Assembly: GCA_044220955.1 (NCBI GenBank)
Contig: JBGAQA010000015.1
Location: 23,171-87,170 of the forward strand
Length of the DNA: 64,000 nucleotides
From: Sandaracinaceae bacterium
GTDB taxonomy: Bacteria > Myxococcota_A > Polyangia > Polyangiales > Sandaracinaceae
Reading direction: 5' to 3'
Part shown: piece by piece, positions 42,859-53,344 of the stretch
How positions within the stretch are numbered: position 1 is the stretch's first letter
Layout: each line of letters starts with the position of its first letter
Notes under the pieces: generated by a model
The model's input: only the letters and a program-made list of their open reading frames with translations
Databases searched by the model: none
What the model was told of the DNA's origin: nothing
Translations under genes and position numbers: made by a program

Positions 42859-43935
42859 ATGATCGTCTGGGTCACCGGCGGCGCCGGCTTCATCGGTTCG
42901 GCGTTCCTGCTCCGCTCCCTCGAGCGCTTCCCGGACCGGCGCTTCGTCAACGTCGACAAGCTCACCTACGCCGCGAACCTCGCGTCGCTCGAGGGGGTCG
43001 CGCCGGGGCCGCGCTACCGGCTCGCGCGCGTCGACATCGCGGACGCCGACGCCGTGCAGGCGCTCGCCGCGCAGGAGCCGCCCGACCTCATCGTCCACTT
43101 CGCGGCCGAGAGCCACGTGGACCGGAGCATCCACGGACCCCGGGAGTTCCTGCGCACGAACGTCGAGGGGACGTTCAACGTCCTGGAGGTCGCGCGCAAG
43201 CACTGGGGCAAGCGCTCCGACGTGCTCTTCCATCACGTGAGCACCGACGAGGTCTACGGCTCGCTCGGCGCGGAGGGCCGCTTCGTCGAGGACACGCGCT
43301 ACGATCCGTCGAGCCCTTACTCGGCGACGAAGGCCGCGAGCGATCACCTGGTGCGCGCCTGGGCCCGCACCTACGGACTGCCGATCAAGATCACGAATTG
43401 CTCGAACAACTACGGGCCGCGACAGTTCCCCGAGAAGCTGATCCCCGTCGTCATCAAGAACCTGCTCGCGCGCAAGCCTCTTCCCATCTACGGCAAGGGC
43501 GAGAACGTGCGCGACTGGCTCTACGTCGACGACCACGTCGAGGCGATCTGGGCGGTCATCGAGCGCGGCGCCCCCGGCGAGACCTACAACGTCGGTGGCA
43601 ACCAGGAGCGCAAGAACATCGAGGTCGTCGACACGCTCTGCCGCATCGTCGCCCGCGAGACGGGCGCCCCCGAGGACGAGCTCTTGGCGCTGCGCACGTT
43701 CATCGCCGACCGCCCAGGCCACGATCTGCGCTACGCGATCGACGCGTCCAAGATCGCAGCCGCGTGCGGCTGGACGCCGCGCGAGACCTTCACGACCGGG
43801 CTCGAGAAGACCGTACGCTGGTACCTCGCGAACCAGGCCTGGGTGCGCGCCGTGGAGACGGGCGAGTACCGGCGCTGGATGGAGACTCACTACGCGGGCC
43901 GCACGAGCACCGGCCGGCCGGGAGACGACACGTGA
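42859..43935 (+). CDS. rmlB: dTDP-glucose 4,6-dehydratase
   Basis: [28 protein letters not shown]. Confidence 0.97.
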   Translation: MIVWVTGGAGFIGSAFLLRSLERFPDRRFVNVDKLTYAANLASLEGVAPGPRYRLARVDIADADAVQALAAQEPPDLIVHFAAESHVDRSIHGPREFLRTNVEGTFNVLEVARKHWGKRSDVLFHHVSTDEVYGSLGAEGRFVEDTRYDPSSPYSATKAASDHLVRAWARTYGLPIKITNCSNNYGPRQFPEKLIPVVIKNLLARKPLPIYGKGENVRDWLYVDDHVEAIWAVIERGAPGETYNVGGNQERKNIEVVDTLCRIVARETGAPEDELLALRTFIADRPGHDLRYAIDASKIAAACGWTPRETFTTGLEKTVRWYLANQAWVRAVETGEYRRWMETHYAGRTSTGRPGDDT

Positions 43936-44816
43936 GCGTTCAGAAGGGCATCATCCTCGCGGGCGGGAGCGGCACGCGCCTGCATCCGCTCACGAAGGCC
44001 GTGAGCAAGCAGCTCATGGCCATCTACGACAAGCCGATGGTCTACTACCCGCTGACCACGCTGATGCTCGCCGGCATTCGCGACGTGCTCGTCATCACGA
44101 CGCCACACGAGCAGGGGATGTTCCAGACGCTGCTCGGCGACGGCGCGCAGTGGGGAATGAAGATCCAGTACGCGGTGCAGCCGTCGCCGGACGGCCTCGC
44201 GCAGGCGTTCCTCATCGGGCGCGAGTTCATCGCCGGCGATGCGTGCGCGCTCGTGCTCGGCGACAACATCTTCTACGGTCACGGCCTGCAGGCGCTCCTC
44301 GAGAGCGTCGCTCACCGGGACGACTGCGCGACCGTCTTCGGATACTGGGTCAAGAACGCGAGCGCCTACGGCGTCGCCGAGTTCGACGCGAACGGCCGGG
44401 TGATCGGCCTCGAGGAGAAGCCGGAGAAGCCGCGATCGAACTACGCCGTGGCAGGCCTCTACTTCTACGACGGCCGCGTGGTCGATCTGGCCGCGTCGCT
44501 CAAGCCGAGCCGCCGCGGCGAGCTGGAGATCACGGATCTGAACCGCCTCTACCTGGAGATCGGGGCGCTGCGTCTGGAGAAGCTCGGCCGCGGGTTCGCG
44601 TGGCTCGACACCGGCACCCCCGAGGCGTTGCTGCAGGCCTCGACGTTCATCCACACGATCCAGTCGCGCCAGGGCCTGCAGGTCGCCTGCCCCGAGGAGG
44701 TCGCGTTCCGCAAGGGATGGATCAGCCGCGCGGACCTGCAGCGACTCGCCCAGCCGCTGGCCAAGACGGCGTACGGCCAGTACCTCGGCGACCTCGCGCA
44801 CGAAGCAGAGGGCTGA
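43932..44816 (+). CDS. rmlA: Glucose-1-phosphate thymidylyltransferase
   Basis: [33 protein letters not shown]. Confidence 0.97.
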   Translation: MSVQKGIILAGGSGTRLHPLTKAVSKQLMAIYDKPMVYYPLTTLMLAGIRDVLVITTPHEQGMFQTLLGDGAQWGMKIQYAVQPSPDGLAQAFLIGREFIAGDACALVLGDNIFYGHGLQALLESVAHRDDCATVFGYWVKNASAYGVAEFDANGRVIGLEEKPEKPRSNYAVAGLYFYDGRVVDLAASLKPSRRGELEITDLNRLYLEIGALRLEKLGRGFAWLDTGTPEALLQASTFIHTIQSRQGLQVACPEEVAFRKGWISRADLQRLAQPLAKTAYGQYLGDLAHEAEG

Positions 44817-44820
44817 CCCC

Positions 44821-45378
44821 GTGCACGTCGAAGCGACCGCGCTCCCCGGAGTGCTCGTCGTGTCGCCGAAGATCGTCGGCGACGCGCGGGGCTTCTTCGT
44901 CGAGACCTGGGCCGAGGAGCGCTACGCGAGCGTCGGGATCCCGGGACCCTTCGTCCAGGACAACCTCTCGCGCAGCGCGCGACACACGTTGCGGGGGCTG
45001 CACCTGCAGGAGCCGCACGGCCAGGGGAAGCTCGTCAGCGTCGTCGAAGGCTCGGTCCTCGACGTCGCCGTCGACGTGCGCGTCGGCTCGCCGACGTTCG
45101 GGCGGCACGTCGCCGTGCCCCTGAGCGGGTCCGACCACCGGCAGCTCTGGATCCCGCCGGGCTTCGCGCACGGCTTCTGCGTCACGAGCGAGCACGCGAT
45201 CTTCGCGTACAAGTGCACCGACCGGTACCACCCCGAGCACGAGGTCGGCGTCGCGTGGGACGACCCCGACCTCGCGATCGCGTGGCCGACGCGGGAGCCC
45301 TTGCTCTCGGCGCGCGACCGGACTCACCCGCGCCTGAGCGAGGTGGCTCCGGGGCGGCTCCCGCGTCACCCGGGCTGA
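44821..45378 (+). CDS. rmlC: dTDP-4-dehydrorhamnose 3,5-epimerase
   Basis: DARGFF, LRGLH, GFAHGF. Confidence 0.97.
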   Translation: MHVEATALPGVLVVSPKIVGDARGFFVETWAEERYASVGIPGPFVQDNLSRSARHTLRGLHLQEPHGQGKLVSVVEGSVLDVAVDVRVGSPTFGRHVAVPLSGSDHRQLWIPPGFAHGFCVTSEHAIFAYKCTDRYHPEHEVGVAWDDPDLAIAWPTREPLLSARDRTHPRLSEVAPGRLPRHPG

Positions 45379-46208
45379 AGTCTCGCCAGCACGTGCGCCA
45401 CCGACGTGCACCAGTGCGGGGCGGGCGGCGCGATCGCGTGCGTCTTGGACAGATCGAGGACGCTGTAGCGTGGGCGCGGCGCGGGCCGGGGGTACTCGGC
45501 GCTGGTGCAGGGCCTCACGCGCGCGCGCGCGTGCGTCGTCTCCGCGACGAACGCCGCGAGCTCGAACCAGGAGCACTCTCCGTCGTCGCTCGCGTGGAAC
45601 GTCCCCTCCGCGCCGCGCACGAGGAGCGCGAGCGTCGTCCGGACGAGCTCTTCGGCGCTCGTCGGACGCCCCCGCTGGTCGTCCACCACGCGCAGCTCGT
45701 CGCGCTCGGCCGCAGCTCTGGCGATGGTGCAGACGAAGTTCTTGCCCCAGGGCGCGTAGAGCCAGCTCGTGCGGACGAGCAGGTGCGCGGCGCCCGACGC
45801 CCGCAGCAGCGTCTCGCCCAGCGCCTTGCTGCGGCCGTACGCACCGCGCGGCGCGAGCGGCGCGTCCACCGGATACGGCGAGCTCGCGTCGCCGGAGAAG
45901 ACGTAGTCCGTCCCGAAGTGGACGAGCTTGGCGCCGACGGCCGCGCACGCCCGCGCCAGCCGCCCGACCCCGTGGCCATTCACCTCGCTCGCCTCGGCCT
46001 CGTGCGACTCCGCCGTGTCCACGTCCGTGTACGCAGCACAGTTGATCACCAGCTTCGGCCGGTCCGCGAGCGCCGCGTCGACGCTCCGCTCGTCGCGCAG
46101 ATCGATCGCGGGGAACGCGATGGCGCTCCAGGGCTCGCCGCGCGCGCGGAGGGCCTCCACGAACGCGTGACCGAGCATCCCGTCGGGGCTCACCAAGAGT
46201 GTGCTCAC
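45366..46208 (-). CDS. rmlD: dTDP-4-dehydrorhamnose reductase
   Basis: GMLG, NCAAYTDVD, TDYVFSG, YGRSK, VDDQ.G.PT, RPRYSVL. Confidence 0.95.
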   Translation of the reverse strand: MSTLLVSPDGMLGHAFVEALRARGEPWSAIAFPAIDLRDERSVDAALADRPKLVINCAAYTDVDTAESHEAEASEVNGHGVGRLARACAAVGAKLVHFGTDYVFSGDASSPYPVDAPLAPRGAYGRSKALGETLLRASGAAHLLVRTSWLYAPWGKNFVCTIARAAAERDELRVVDDQRGRPTSAEELVRTTLALLVRGAEGTFHASDDGECSWFELAAFVAETTHARARVRPCTSAEYPRPAPRPRYSVLDLSKTHAIAPPAPHWCTSVAHVLARLQPG

Positions 46209-46242
46209 GCGCGCTGCATACCACGACGCACCTGAACGGGCG

Positions 46243-46408
46243 GATCGTGCGTGCTCTCTTGAATGGAAGACGCGCGATCGAGGGTGCGCGCGATCGAAAA
46301 CGATCCGATTCCGATCACTTGCGGCTCGAACCTGGATCCGCAGTGATCACACGATCGAGAAGCTCGACGCGATCGAGGTTTCCTCGCGCGAAGAGATCCG
46401 ACCGGATC
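46243..46408. other. Intergenic cluster of 11 GATC sites
   Basis: GATC at 46243, 46276, 46292, 46302, 46313, 46335, 46345, 46353, 46371, 46395, 46405. Confidence 0.8.
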
Positions 46409-46417
46409 GCCGCTCGG

Positions 46418-47524
46418 TCACGCAGGCGCGCGAGCGAGCACGCGCTCGAGGATCGCGAGCGCGCGCGTGACGTCGTCGTCGCTCGTCTCGGGGCCGAGGC
46501 TCACGCGGATCGCGGACGATGCGCGCGCCGGATCGTCCGGGAACGTCGCGAGCACGACGGGCGAGGGGCGATCGACGCCCGACGAGCAGGCCGCGCCGCT
46601 GGCGATCTCGAGCCCCTCGAGGTCGAGCGCCGCGACGAGCGTGCTCGCACGCCAGCCCGGGATCGACGCGTTCACGACGGTGGCCACCCGGCGGGACGCA
46701 CCGTTGATCCGTGCTCCGCGCGCGATCAGCGCCGCCTCGATGCGATCGCGCATCGGCGCGATGCGCGCCTGGTGGCGCAGGCGCTCCTCCACGAGCGCGC
46801 ACGCCGCGCCGAAGCCCGCGAGCGCGACGACGTCGGGAGTCCCCGCGCGCAGTCCGCGCTCCTGCGCGCCCCCGAGCATCCGCGGATCGATCGCGACACC
46901 GCGGCGGACGACCAGCGCCCCCGCACCGGCCGGCCCGCCGATCTTGTGCGACGCGAGGGCGAGCGCGCTCGCCCCGAGCGCATCGAAGTCGATCCCGATC
47001 TTCCCGAGCGCCTGGGTGGCGTCGACGAACGACGGCACGCCGGCGCTCGCGGCGAGCGCGACCCAGCGCTCGACCGGCAGGATCGCGCCCGTCTCGTGGT
47101 TGACCCACTGCACCGCCAGGAGCGCGCACGGCTCCGCGCCCAGCGCCCCGAGGACCACGCTCTCGTCCGGGGGAAGGCCCTCGGCGAGCGGCAGCGCGAA
47201 GCGAGCGTTCGCGAGCGCGGCGACGGGCTCGGCCACCGCGGGGTGCTCGATCGGCGTCGTGACCACGCGCCCGACCGACCGAGCGAGGCCGAGCACGCCG
47301 AGGTTGCACGCCTCCGTCCCGCCGCTCGTGAAGACCACCTCGGCCGGACGCGCGCCGACGGCGCGGGCGACCTGGGCTCGGGCGTGCTCGAGGTGCGCGC
47401 GCGCCCGGCGCCCCGACGCGTGCGGGCTCGCCGGGTTGCCGAGGGGCTCCCGGCGCACGGACTCCATCACCCGCAGCACGCGCGGATCGATCGGGGCGCA
47501 GGCGTGGTGGTCGAGGTAGATCAC
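46418..47524 (-). CDS. Cysteine desulfurase (IscS/NifS family)
   Basis: IYLDH, GNPAS, FTSGGTE, SHKIGGP (PLP Lys), SGAACSS (catalytic Cys). Confidence 0.93.
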   Translation of the reverse strand: MIYLDHHACAPIDPRVLRVMESVRREPLGNPASPHASGRRARAHLEHARAQVARAVGARPAEVVFTSGGTEACNLGVLGLARSVGRVVTTPIEHPAVAEPVAALANARFALPLAEGLPPDESVVLGALGAEPCALLAVQWVNHETGAILPVERWVALAASAGVPSFVDATQALGKIGIDFDALGASALALASHKIGGPAGAGALVVRRGVAIDPRMLGGAQERGLRAGTPDVVALAGFGAACALVEERLRHQARIAPMRDRIEAALIARGARINGASRRVATVVNASIPGWRASTLVAALDLEGLEIASGAACSSGVDRPSPVVLATFPDDPARASSAIRVSLGPETSDDDVTRALAILERVLARAPA

Positions 47525-47564
47525 GGGCTTGGCGAGGGACGGCGGGCCGGCGGCGACGCGCTCC

Positions 47565-48782
47565 TCATGCCGGACCCTCGGGCAGACGCAGCGCGAAGCG
47601 TGCCACGCGGCGGACGCGCATGGTCACCCCCGCACCGGGCAGCGTCACTCCCGCGACCACTCCCGGCGGGCTCGCGACGACGACGCCGCCCTCGTGCGCC
47701 TCGGCGACGCGCCGGACGAACGCGAGCCCGAGGCCGACGCCGCCGTGGGCGCGCGTGACCGAGCCGTCGACCTGGTAGAACGGCTCGAGCACCTTCTCGA
47801 GTCGATCGCGCGGCACGCCGGGCCCGCCATCGGCGACGGTGAGCGCCATCACCCCCGGCTCGAGGGCGAGCTCGATGGCGATGGCGCTCGACGGAGGCGT
47901 GAACTTGATCGCGTTGTCGACCAGGTGCGCGATGGCGCGGCGGAGCTTGTCCGGATCCCCGACGCCGACGAGATCACCCTCGGGGATGCGGACGGTCAGG
48001 GCGAGCCGACGTTCGCGCATGGGGCCGTCCGACTCGTCGAGCACCCGGTGCACGAGCGAGCCGAAGTCGTACTCTCGCGCAGCGAACGTCATGCGACCCG
48101 TCTCGAGCGCCGAGACGTCGAGCAGCGTGTCGACCAGCGCACGGAGCTTGGTCGCGCCGGCCTCGACGGCCACGAGCGCCTTGCGCTGTGTGGGCGTGAC
48201 CGGGCCGAGCTCCTCTGCGACGAGCAGCTTGGCGTACCCGATCACCGGCGTCATGGGCGTCGCGAGCTCGTGGCTCAGGTTGCGCAGGAACTCCCGGCGC
48301 AAGCGGGCGAGCTCCTCGAGCTGCGCGTTCGCCTCCGAGAGCTGCTGCACGCGAGCCTCGAGCCGCTCGACGATGCGCTGCGTCGCCTCGCGGAGCTTCG
48401 CCTCGACGTCGGCGCCGCGCTCACGGTGCCCCGCGAGGTAGCGGGCGACCGCGCCCGCGAAGCGGCGCGCGTCGATGGGCTTCTCCAGGAACCCGTCGCA
48501 GCCGACCGCGAGGCTCGTGGCGCGGTCCCCCTCGGCGGTGATCGCGACGATGGGGACGTTCGCGTAGCGCGGCTCTGCGCGCAGCCGGAGCGCCACCTCG
48601 TAGCCGTCGAGATCGGGGATGTTGATGTCGACCAGGACGAGGTCGGCGTCGATCGAGCGCGCGAGCCGGATCCCCTCGATGCCGCCCGACGCCTCGAACA
48701 GCTCGTGACCGGCAGCGGTGAGCAGCTTCCGGACGAGCAGACGGCTCGATGGATCGTCCTCGATGTGGAGGATGCGGGCCAT
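47565..48782 (-). CDS. Hybrid receiver-histidine kinase
   Basis: N-terminal receiver; SHELATP; NAIKF; GGVGLGL. Confidence 0.92.
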   Translation of the reverse strand: MARILHIEDDPSSRLLVRKLLTAAGHELFEASGGIEGIRLARSIDADLVLVDINIPDLDGYEVALRLRAEPRYANVPIVAITAEGDRATSLAVGCDGFLEKPIDARRFAGAVARYLAGHRERGADVEAKLREATQRIVERLEARVQQLSEANAQLEELARLRREFLRNLSHELATPMTPVIGYAKLLVAEELGPVTPTQRKALVAVEAGATKLRALVDTLLDVSALETGRMTFAAREYDFGSLVHRVLDESDGPMRERRLALTVRIPEGDLVGVGDPDKLRRAIAHLVDNAIKFTPPSSAIAIELALEPGVMALTVADGGPGVPRDRLEKVLEPFYQVDGSVTRAHGGVGLGLAFVRRVAEAHEGGVVVASPPGVVAGVTLPGAGVTMRVRRVARFALRLPEGPA

Positions 48783-48797
48783 CCGCCACCCTGTCGG

Positions 48798-49535
48798 TCA
48801 GAACGTGCCGCCGAGCAGGAACGGAGTGTCCACGCGCACGCAGCCGCCCGGCATCCCGCAGAACGCGTCCAGCTGCGAGGCGCCGCTGCCTTGCGTGGCG
48901 ACGACGACGACGATGACGATCACGACCGCGGCGACCACGCCGCCGCCGACCGCGATCCACGTCACCGGCTCCTCGTACCACTCGGGGCCGCGGAGCTGGT
49001 CCTCGGGCAGCGCCGTCATCTCCAGCGCGAGCTCTTCGCGTCGGCCCGACTCCGCCACGACCTCGCGGACGACCTCCTCGTAGCCGTGGAGGGTGACGCG
49101 CACCGAGTGCGTTCCGTCGACCAGATCCACGTCCACCGGGGTCTCTCCGGCGAAATTGCCGTCCACGAACACGTGCGCGCCCGGCGGCGTCGTCGTGATG
49201 CTCAGCGCCTCGGAGAGGGCGAAGAGCTCGACGGGCATGTCGGCGAGCCCGCCGCGCTCGACGGTGATCACGTCGCTGTACTCGGAGTAGCCGGGCATGC
49301 GGACCCGGACCGTGTGGGTCCCCGGCTGGAGCGTCTGCGGCGCGATCGGGCTCGTGCCGACCAGCTGCTCGTCGACGTAGACCTCGGCGCCCTCCTGCAC
49401 GACCGTCACGGTGAGCGTGCCGGTCGTCGCGGCCGGCGGCGGCGGCGGCTCTTCCACGCGGCGACGGCGCTGGGCCTCGGCCGTCGTCGTCCCCAGCGCG
49501 ACGCACATCGACAGCACGAGACAGGCCAGACGCAT
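48798..49535 (-). CDS. PEGA domain protein with C-terminal membrane segment
   Basis: Signal peptide; two GA.V.VD...G.H.VRV...GY repeats; PxxW + TM. Confidence 0.88.
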   Translation of the reverse strand: MRLACLVLSMCVALGTTTAEAQRRRRVEEPPPPPAATTGTLTVTVVQEGAEVYVDEQLVGTSPIAPQTLQPGTHTVRVRMPGYSEYSDVITVERGGLADMPVELFALSEALSITTTPPGAHVFVDGNFAGETPVDVDLVDGTHSVRVTLHGYEEVVREVVAESGRREELALEMTALPEDQLRGPEWYEEPVTWIAVGGGVVAAVVIVIVVVVATQGSGASQLDAFCGMPGGCVRVDTPFLLGGTF

Positions 49536-49577
49536 CCTCCAAAGAGTACGTAGCGAATCCGCGCAGCGTCAACGAGA

Positions 49578-50903
49578 ATGCCCGCGATGACCGAGCCCAG
49601 CCCCGATCACGCGAGCGACCTCGTCCGCTACCTCGACGCCTCTCCCACGCCCTGGCACGCGGTCCTCGAGACCGTTCGGCGCCTGAGCGCCGCGGGATAC
49701 CGCGAGCTGCGCGAAGAGGACGAGTGGCGGGTCGCGGCGGGCGACAAGATCTTCGTCGTGCGGGCCGGCTCCACCATCGCCGCGTTCGAGATCGGCGAGG
49801 CCGCGCCGGACGCCAGCGGCGTGCGCGTCGTCGGCGCACACACGGACTCGCCCAACCTCCGCGTGAAGCCGAACGCCGCCGTCAAGCGCCACGGCCAGCA
49901 CCAGGTCGGCGTCGAGGTCTACGGCGGGGTGCTCCTGCACACGTGGCTCGACCGCGACCTCGCGCTCGCCGGGCGCGTGCTCGTCCGGAACGGCTCGGCC
50001 ATCGAGCCGCGCCTGCTCCGGTTCCCGCGCGCGATCGGGCGCATCCCGAGCCTCGCCATCCACCTCGACCGGTCGGTGAACACGGACGGGCTGATCGTGA
50101 ACCCGCAGACGCACCTTCCGCCGGTGCTCGCGCTCGAGTCGAGCGGCGCGTTCGATCTTCGCGAAGAGATCGCCCGACAGCTCGACGCCGACGGTGCGGG
50201 CGCCGCGCCCGCGGCCATCGTCGGCTACGACCTCTGCTTCTTCGACGCGCAGCCGGCGGCGCGCGTCGGCCTCCGGGGCGACTACGTCTGCGCCGGACGC
50301 CTCGACAACCTCGCGAGCTGCCACGCGGCGCTCACCGCCATGCTCGCGGCCCCGAGCGCGCCACAGACGACCCGGGGCGTCGTCCTCTACGACCACGAGG
50401 AGTGCGGGAGCCAGAGCGCGCAAGGCGCCCAGTCGCCGTTCCTGCGCACGCTCATCGAGCGCCTCGCGCTCGCGCACCCCCGGGCAGGCAGCTCGCCCGT
50501 GCACCGGACGCTCGCACGCTCGTTCCTGATCTCGGCGGACATGGCGCACGCCATCCACCCGAACTACGCGGACAAGCACGAGCCGAACCACCAGCCGCTG
50601 CTCGGCGGCGGTCCCGTCGTGAAGAGCAACTCGAACCAGCGCTACGCGACCGACGGGGAGAGCGCAGCGCGCTTCGATCTGTGGTGCGAGGAGGCCGGTG
50701 TGAAGCCGCAGCGGTTCGTCACGCGGACCGACCTCGCGTGCGGCACGACGATCGGCCCCATCACCGCGGCGATGACGGGCATGCGCGTCGTGGACGTGGG
50801 CAATCCCATGCTCTCGATGCACTCGTCGCGCGAGACCTGCGCGGCCGCGGACGTGCCGAAGATGATCGACGTGCTCGGAGCGTTCTTCGCCGCGAAGAGC
50901 TGA
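49578..50903 (+). CDS. apeB: M18 family (aspartyl) aminopeptidase
   Basis: AHTDSP, RLDNL, DHEE.GS, SADMAHA, MLSMHS.RE. Confidence 0.93.
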   Translation: MPAMTEPSPDHASDLVRYLDASPTPWHAVLETVRRLSAAGYRELREEDEWRVAAGDKIFVVRAGSTIAAFEIGEAAPDASGVRVVGAHTDSPNLRVKPNAAVKRHGQHQVGVEVYGGVLLHTWLDRDLALAGRVLVRNGSAIEPRLLRFPRAIGRIPSLAIHLDRSVNTDGLIVNPQTHLPPVLALESSGAFDLREEIARQLDADGAGAAPAAIVGYDLCFFDAQPAARVGLRGDYVCAGRLDNLASCHAALTAMLAAPSAPQTTRGVVLYDHEECGSQSAQGAQSPFLRTLIERLALAHPRAGSSPVHRTLARSFLISADMAHAIHPNYADKHEPNHQPLLGGGPVVKSNSNQRYATDGESAARFDLWCEEAGVKPQRFVTRTDLACGTTIGPITAAMTGMRVVDVGNPMLSMHSSRETCAAADVPKMIDVLGAFFAAKS

Positions 50904-51088
50904 CCTGACGGCTGGCCGAGCCCATCGCACGAGAGCGATGCCGAGGTCGCGCAGCTCCGGGCGTCGCCTGCCCCGGTCTGGCCGCCGTCGAGCTCCGCGA
51001 ACGCGGAGTCACCCTCTCCCGCAGCGCGTTCCACTCGTTCGCGCGCGGGCCGCTTCACGCGCCCCGCCTCAGCCGCTATGGTTGGGCG

Positions 51089-51667
51089 ATGGGTGAGCCG
51101 GCGCGGCGTCGAGCGACCATCGAGGACTTGATACCGCTCGTCGCGAGCGGCCAGGCGTTCGAGCTCGTCGACGGTGAGCTGGTGCGGAAGGCCTCGCCGG
51201 ATGCCGTGCATGGCGGTGCGCAGGCGAAGCTCGGTGAACTGCTCGGCCCGATCAACCGCAAGACGGGTGGACCGCGAGGGCCCGGCGGCTGGTGGATCAT
51301 GACCGAGGTCGACACCCACTACCCGCTGAGCGGCGAGGTCTTCCGCCACGACGCGCAGGGCTATCGCCGTGAGCTGCACCCGGAGCGGCCCCGTGGCTTT
51401 CCCCTCGCGGTCGTGCCGCAGTGGGCCTGCGAGATCCTCTCTTCGTCCAACGCGCGCGTCGATCTCGTCAAGAAGCAGCGAACGCTCCACGCTCACCGCG
51501 TCGGGCACTACTGGGTCCTCGACCCCGCGCACGAGACGCTCACGGTGCTGCGCTGGCACGAGGAGGCGTACCTCTCCGTGCTGACCGCCGCGCGCGGAGA
51601 CGTGGTTCGCGCCGAGCCCTTCGCGGAGATCGAGACATCGATCGACGACCTGCTCGGGTACGAGTGA
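51089..51667 (+). CDS. Uma2 (DUF820) family putative endonuclease
   Basis: ELVDGEL, P...H, P.WACEILS, YWVLDP. Confidence 0.88.
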   Translation: MGEPARRRATIEDLIPLVASGQAFELVDGELVRKASPDAVHGGAQAKLGELLGPINRKTGGPRGPGGWWIMTEVDTHYPLSGEVFRHDAQGYRRELHPERPRGFPLAVVPQWACEILSSSNARVDLVKKQRTLHAHRVGHYWVLDPAHETLTVLRWHEEAYLSVLTAARGDVVRAEPFAEIETSIDDLLGYE

Positions 51668-51677
51668 GGCTGGGGAC

Positions 51678-53117
51678 GTGAGGCGGCGCCGCCGAGCCGC
51701 ACTCCCGAGCGGACGCGCGGGACGAACGGGCAAGCGACGATGCCTGCGAGGCGCGCGGCCGCTGGCGTACCTGCTGCTCGTGGGCGCGCTCTGGGGCGCG
51801 TGCGGCGCGCGCACCGCGCTCGAGGTTCCCCGTGCGCGGGACGGCGGCTCCGACGTCTCGACGCGCCCTTCCCCCGAGGCGTGCCTCGAGCTGCCGCGAA
51901 CGAGCGCGCCCACCGCGACGCCGATCGGGCTGCGCTCCTTCGACGAGACCTCGTGCGCGCCGTGGAGTGAGCCCTGGCGCCGCGTGCGGACGCGTACGCC
52001 GCCGGCCGGACCGCCGTCCGAGCTCTGGCGACTCGCGATCGCCGGCGTACAGATCACGGCCGCGCAGCCGAGCATCGACGGCTCCATCTGGGTCGTCGAG
52101 CACCACCCCGAATCGACCGCGGCATTCGAGCAGATCGCGGCCTACGAGCGCGACGGAGCACTGCGCTGGCGCTCGCGCCCGATCTGCGAGGGCAGAGCGT
52201 CGATCGACGTGGGCCCGGATGCCGTCGGGATCGTGACAGTCACGCGTGACGACGGCAGCTCCGTCGTGGCGCGCTTCGCGCCGGTCGACGGGAGTCTGCT
52301 CTCCACTTGGCCCGTTCCGGAGCGCGGGGTCCACGGCGCAGTGTTCGACGACACGCGGGCGTACTTCCGCCGTGCGGACGGCGTGGTCGCGAGCTGCCGG
52401 GGCGAGCGCGCTCTCTGGGCTCGGACCGTCGCGGCGGACCCCGCGTTCTACTGCGCCCGGGCCAGCGTCTTCCGGGCTGCGCCCACGGGCGCATGGGTGA
52501 CGGCCCAGGATCTCGGACCGCTGCACGTCGACCCGACGGGCGAGATCGTCCTCGAGCTCGAGCCACCGGTCACCGCCGGCGCGCCTCGATTCGCTACGTA
52601 TCCGTTCGTCGAAGGCATCGGGGCCGGGGCGTTGCTCGTCGCCGAGCGCGAAGCGGAGCCAGACGACTGCATCGGCACGACGCGGGAGCTGCGCCTGATC
52701 GCCTACCGAGATGCGGGGCGCGAGGTGCTGCTCACACTGTCGCCGACCGATCCGGGCGCGCTCGCCCAGCTGCCTCGCGCGGCGACCGACGGCTCGTTCT
52801 GGTACGTGGAAGGTGACACGCTCACCCGCCACGTCGGCGCCCGCGTAGCATGGCGTCGCGACGACCTCGGGCGGCACCAGCTCGCGGCGTTGGCTTCCGA
52901 TGGCTCGGCGCTCGTCGTCGGCTACGCCGACCGCGCGGACGAGTCCTACCTGATGCGCATCCGCGCCGACGGCACGACGCAATGGACGCACACCCTCGCC
53001 TCGGGTGATGGCTCACCCTCCGGACTACACGTGTCGGCCGACGGCCTCGTGACCCTCATCGACTGGACGACGTTCGAGCTGGTCGTGACGCAGACCGACT
53101 TCGTGCCTGCGGAATGA
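51678..53117 (+). CDS. Lipoprotein with PQQ-like beta-propeller repeats
   Basis: WGAC-GARTAL lipobox; DG.L.W repeats. Start uncertain. Confidence 0.65.
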   Translation: MRRRRRAALPSGRAGRTGKRRCLRGARPLAYLLLVGALWGACGARTALEVPRARDGGSDVSTRPSPEACLELPRTSAPTATPIGLRSFDETSCAPWSEPWRRVRTRTPPAGPPSELWRLAIAGVQITAAQPSIDGSIWVVEHHPESTAAFEQIAAYERDGALRWRSRPICEGRASIDVGPDAVGIVTVTRDDGSSVVARFAPVDGSLLSTWPVPERGVHGAVFDDTRAYFRRADGVVASCRGERALWARTVAADPAFYCARASVFRAAPTGAWVTAQDLGPLHVDPTGEIVLELEPPVTAGAPRFATYPFVEGIGAGALLVAEREAEPDDCIGTTRELRLIAYRDAGREVLLTLSPTDPGALAQLPRAATDGSFWYVEGDTLTRHVGARVAWRRDDLGRHQLAALASDGSALVVGYADRADESYLMRIRADGTTQWTHTLASGDGSPSGLHVSADGLVTLIDWTTFELVVTQTDFVPAE

Positions 53118-53149
53118 GGCGGTGACAGCGACGTCAGCTCTCGCCCTCG

Positions 53150-53338
53150 CTACGCGCTCTCGAAGTCCTTGCAGAACACGACGACCTTCTCGCTCGCGCG
53201 CTTCCGGTGCGGCGCCGTCGGATAGCCGTGCGCGCACGCATCGCGCGCCTCGTCGAAGAGCGCGCAGTCCTCGCAGTGCCGCACGAGGCCGAAGCGCGCG
53301 GCCTCCTCGTCGAGCCTGGCGTCGCGCGGCAGCTGCAC
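53150..53338 (-). CDS. Small four-Cys protein
   Basis: CEDC...C...C; starts 6 bp after the rpiB stop. Confidence 0.65.
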   Translation of the reverse strand: MQLPRDARLDEEAARFGLVRHCEDCALFDEARDACAHGYPTAPHRKRASEKVVVFCKDFESA

Positions 53339-53344
53339 GCGCCC

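Noticed and set aside
46243..46408. GATC cluster as oriC
   Set aside because: No DnaA boxes, no clear AT-rich unwinding element, no dnaA/dnaN nearby; kept only as an unexplained cluster.
51089..51667. Uma2 gene as a defence system or mobile element
   Set aside because: Solitary gene of a family often expanded in myxobacteria; no methylase, integrase or repeats.
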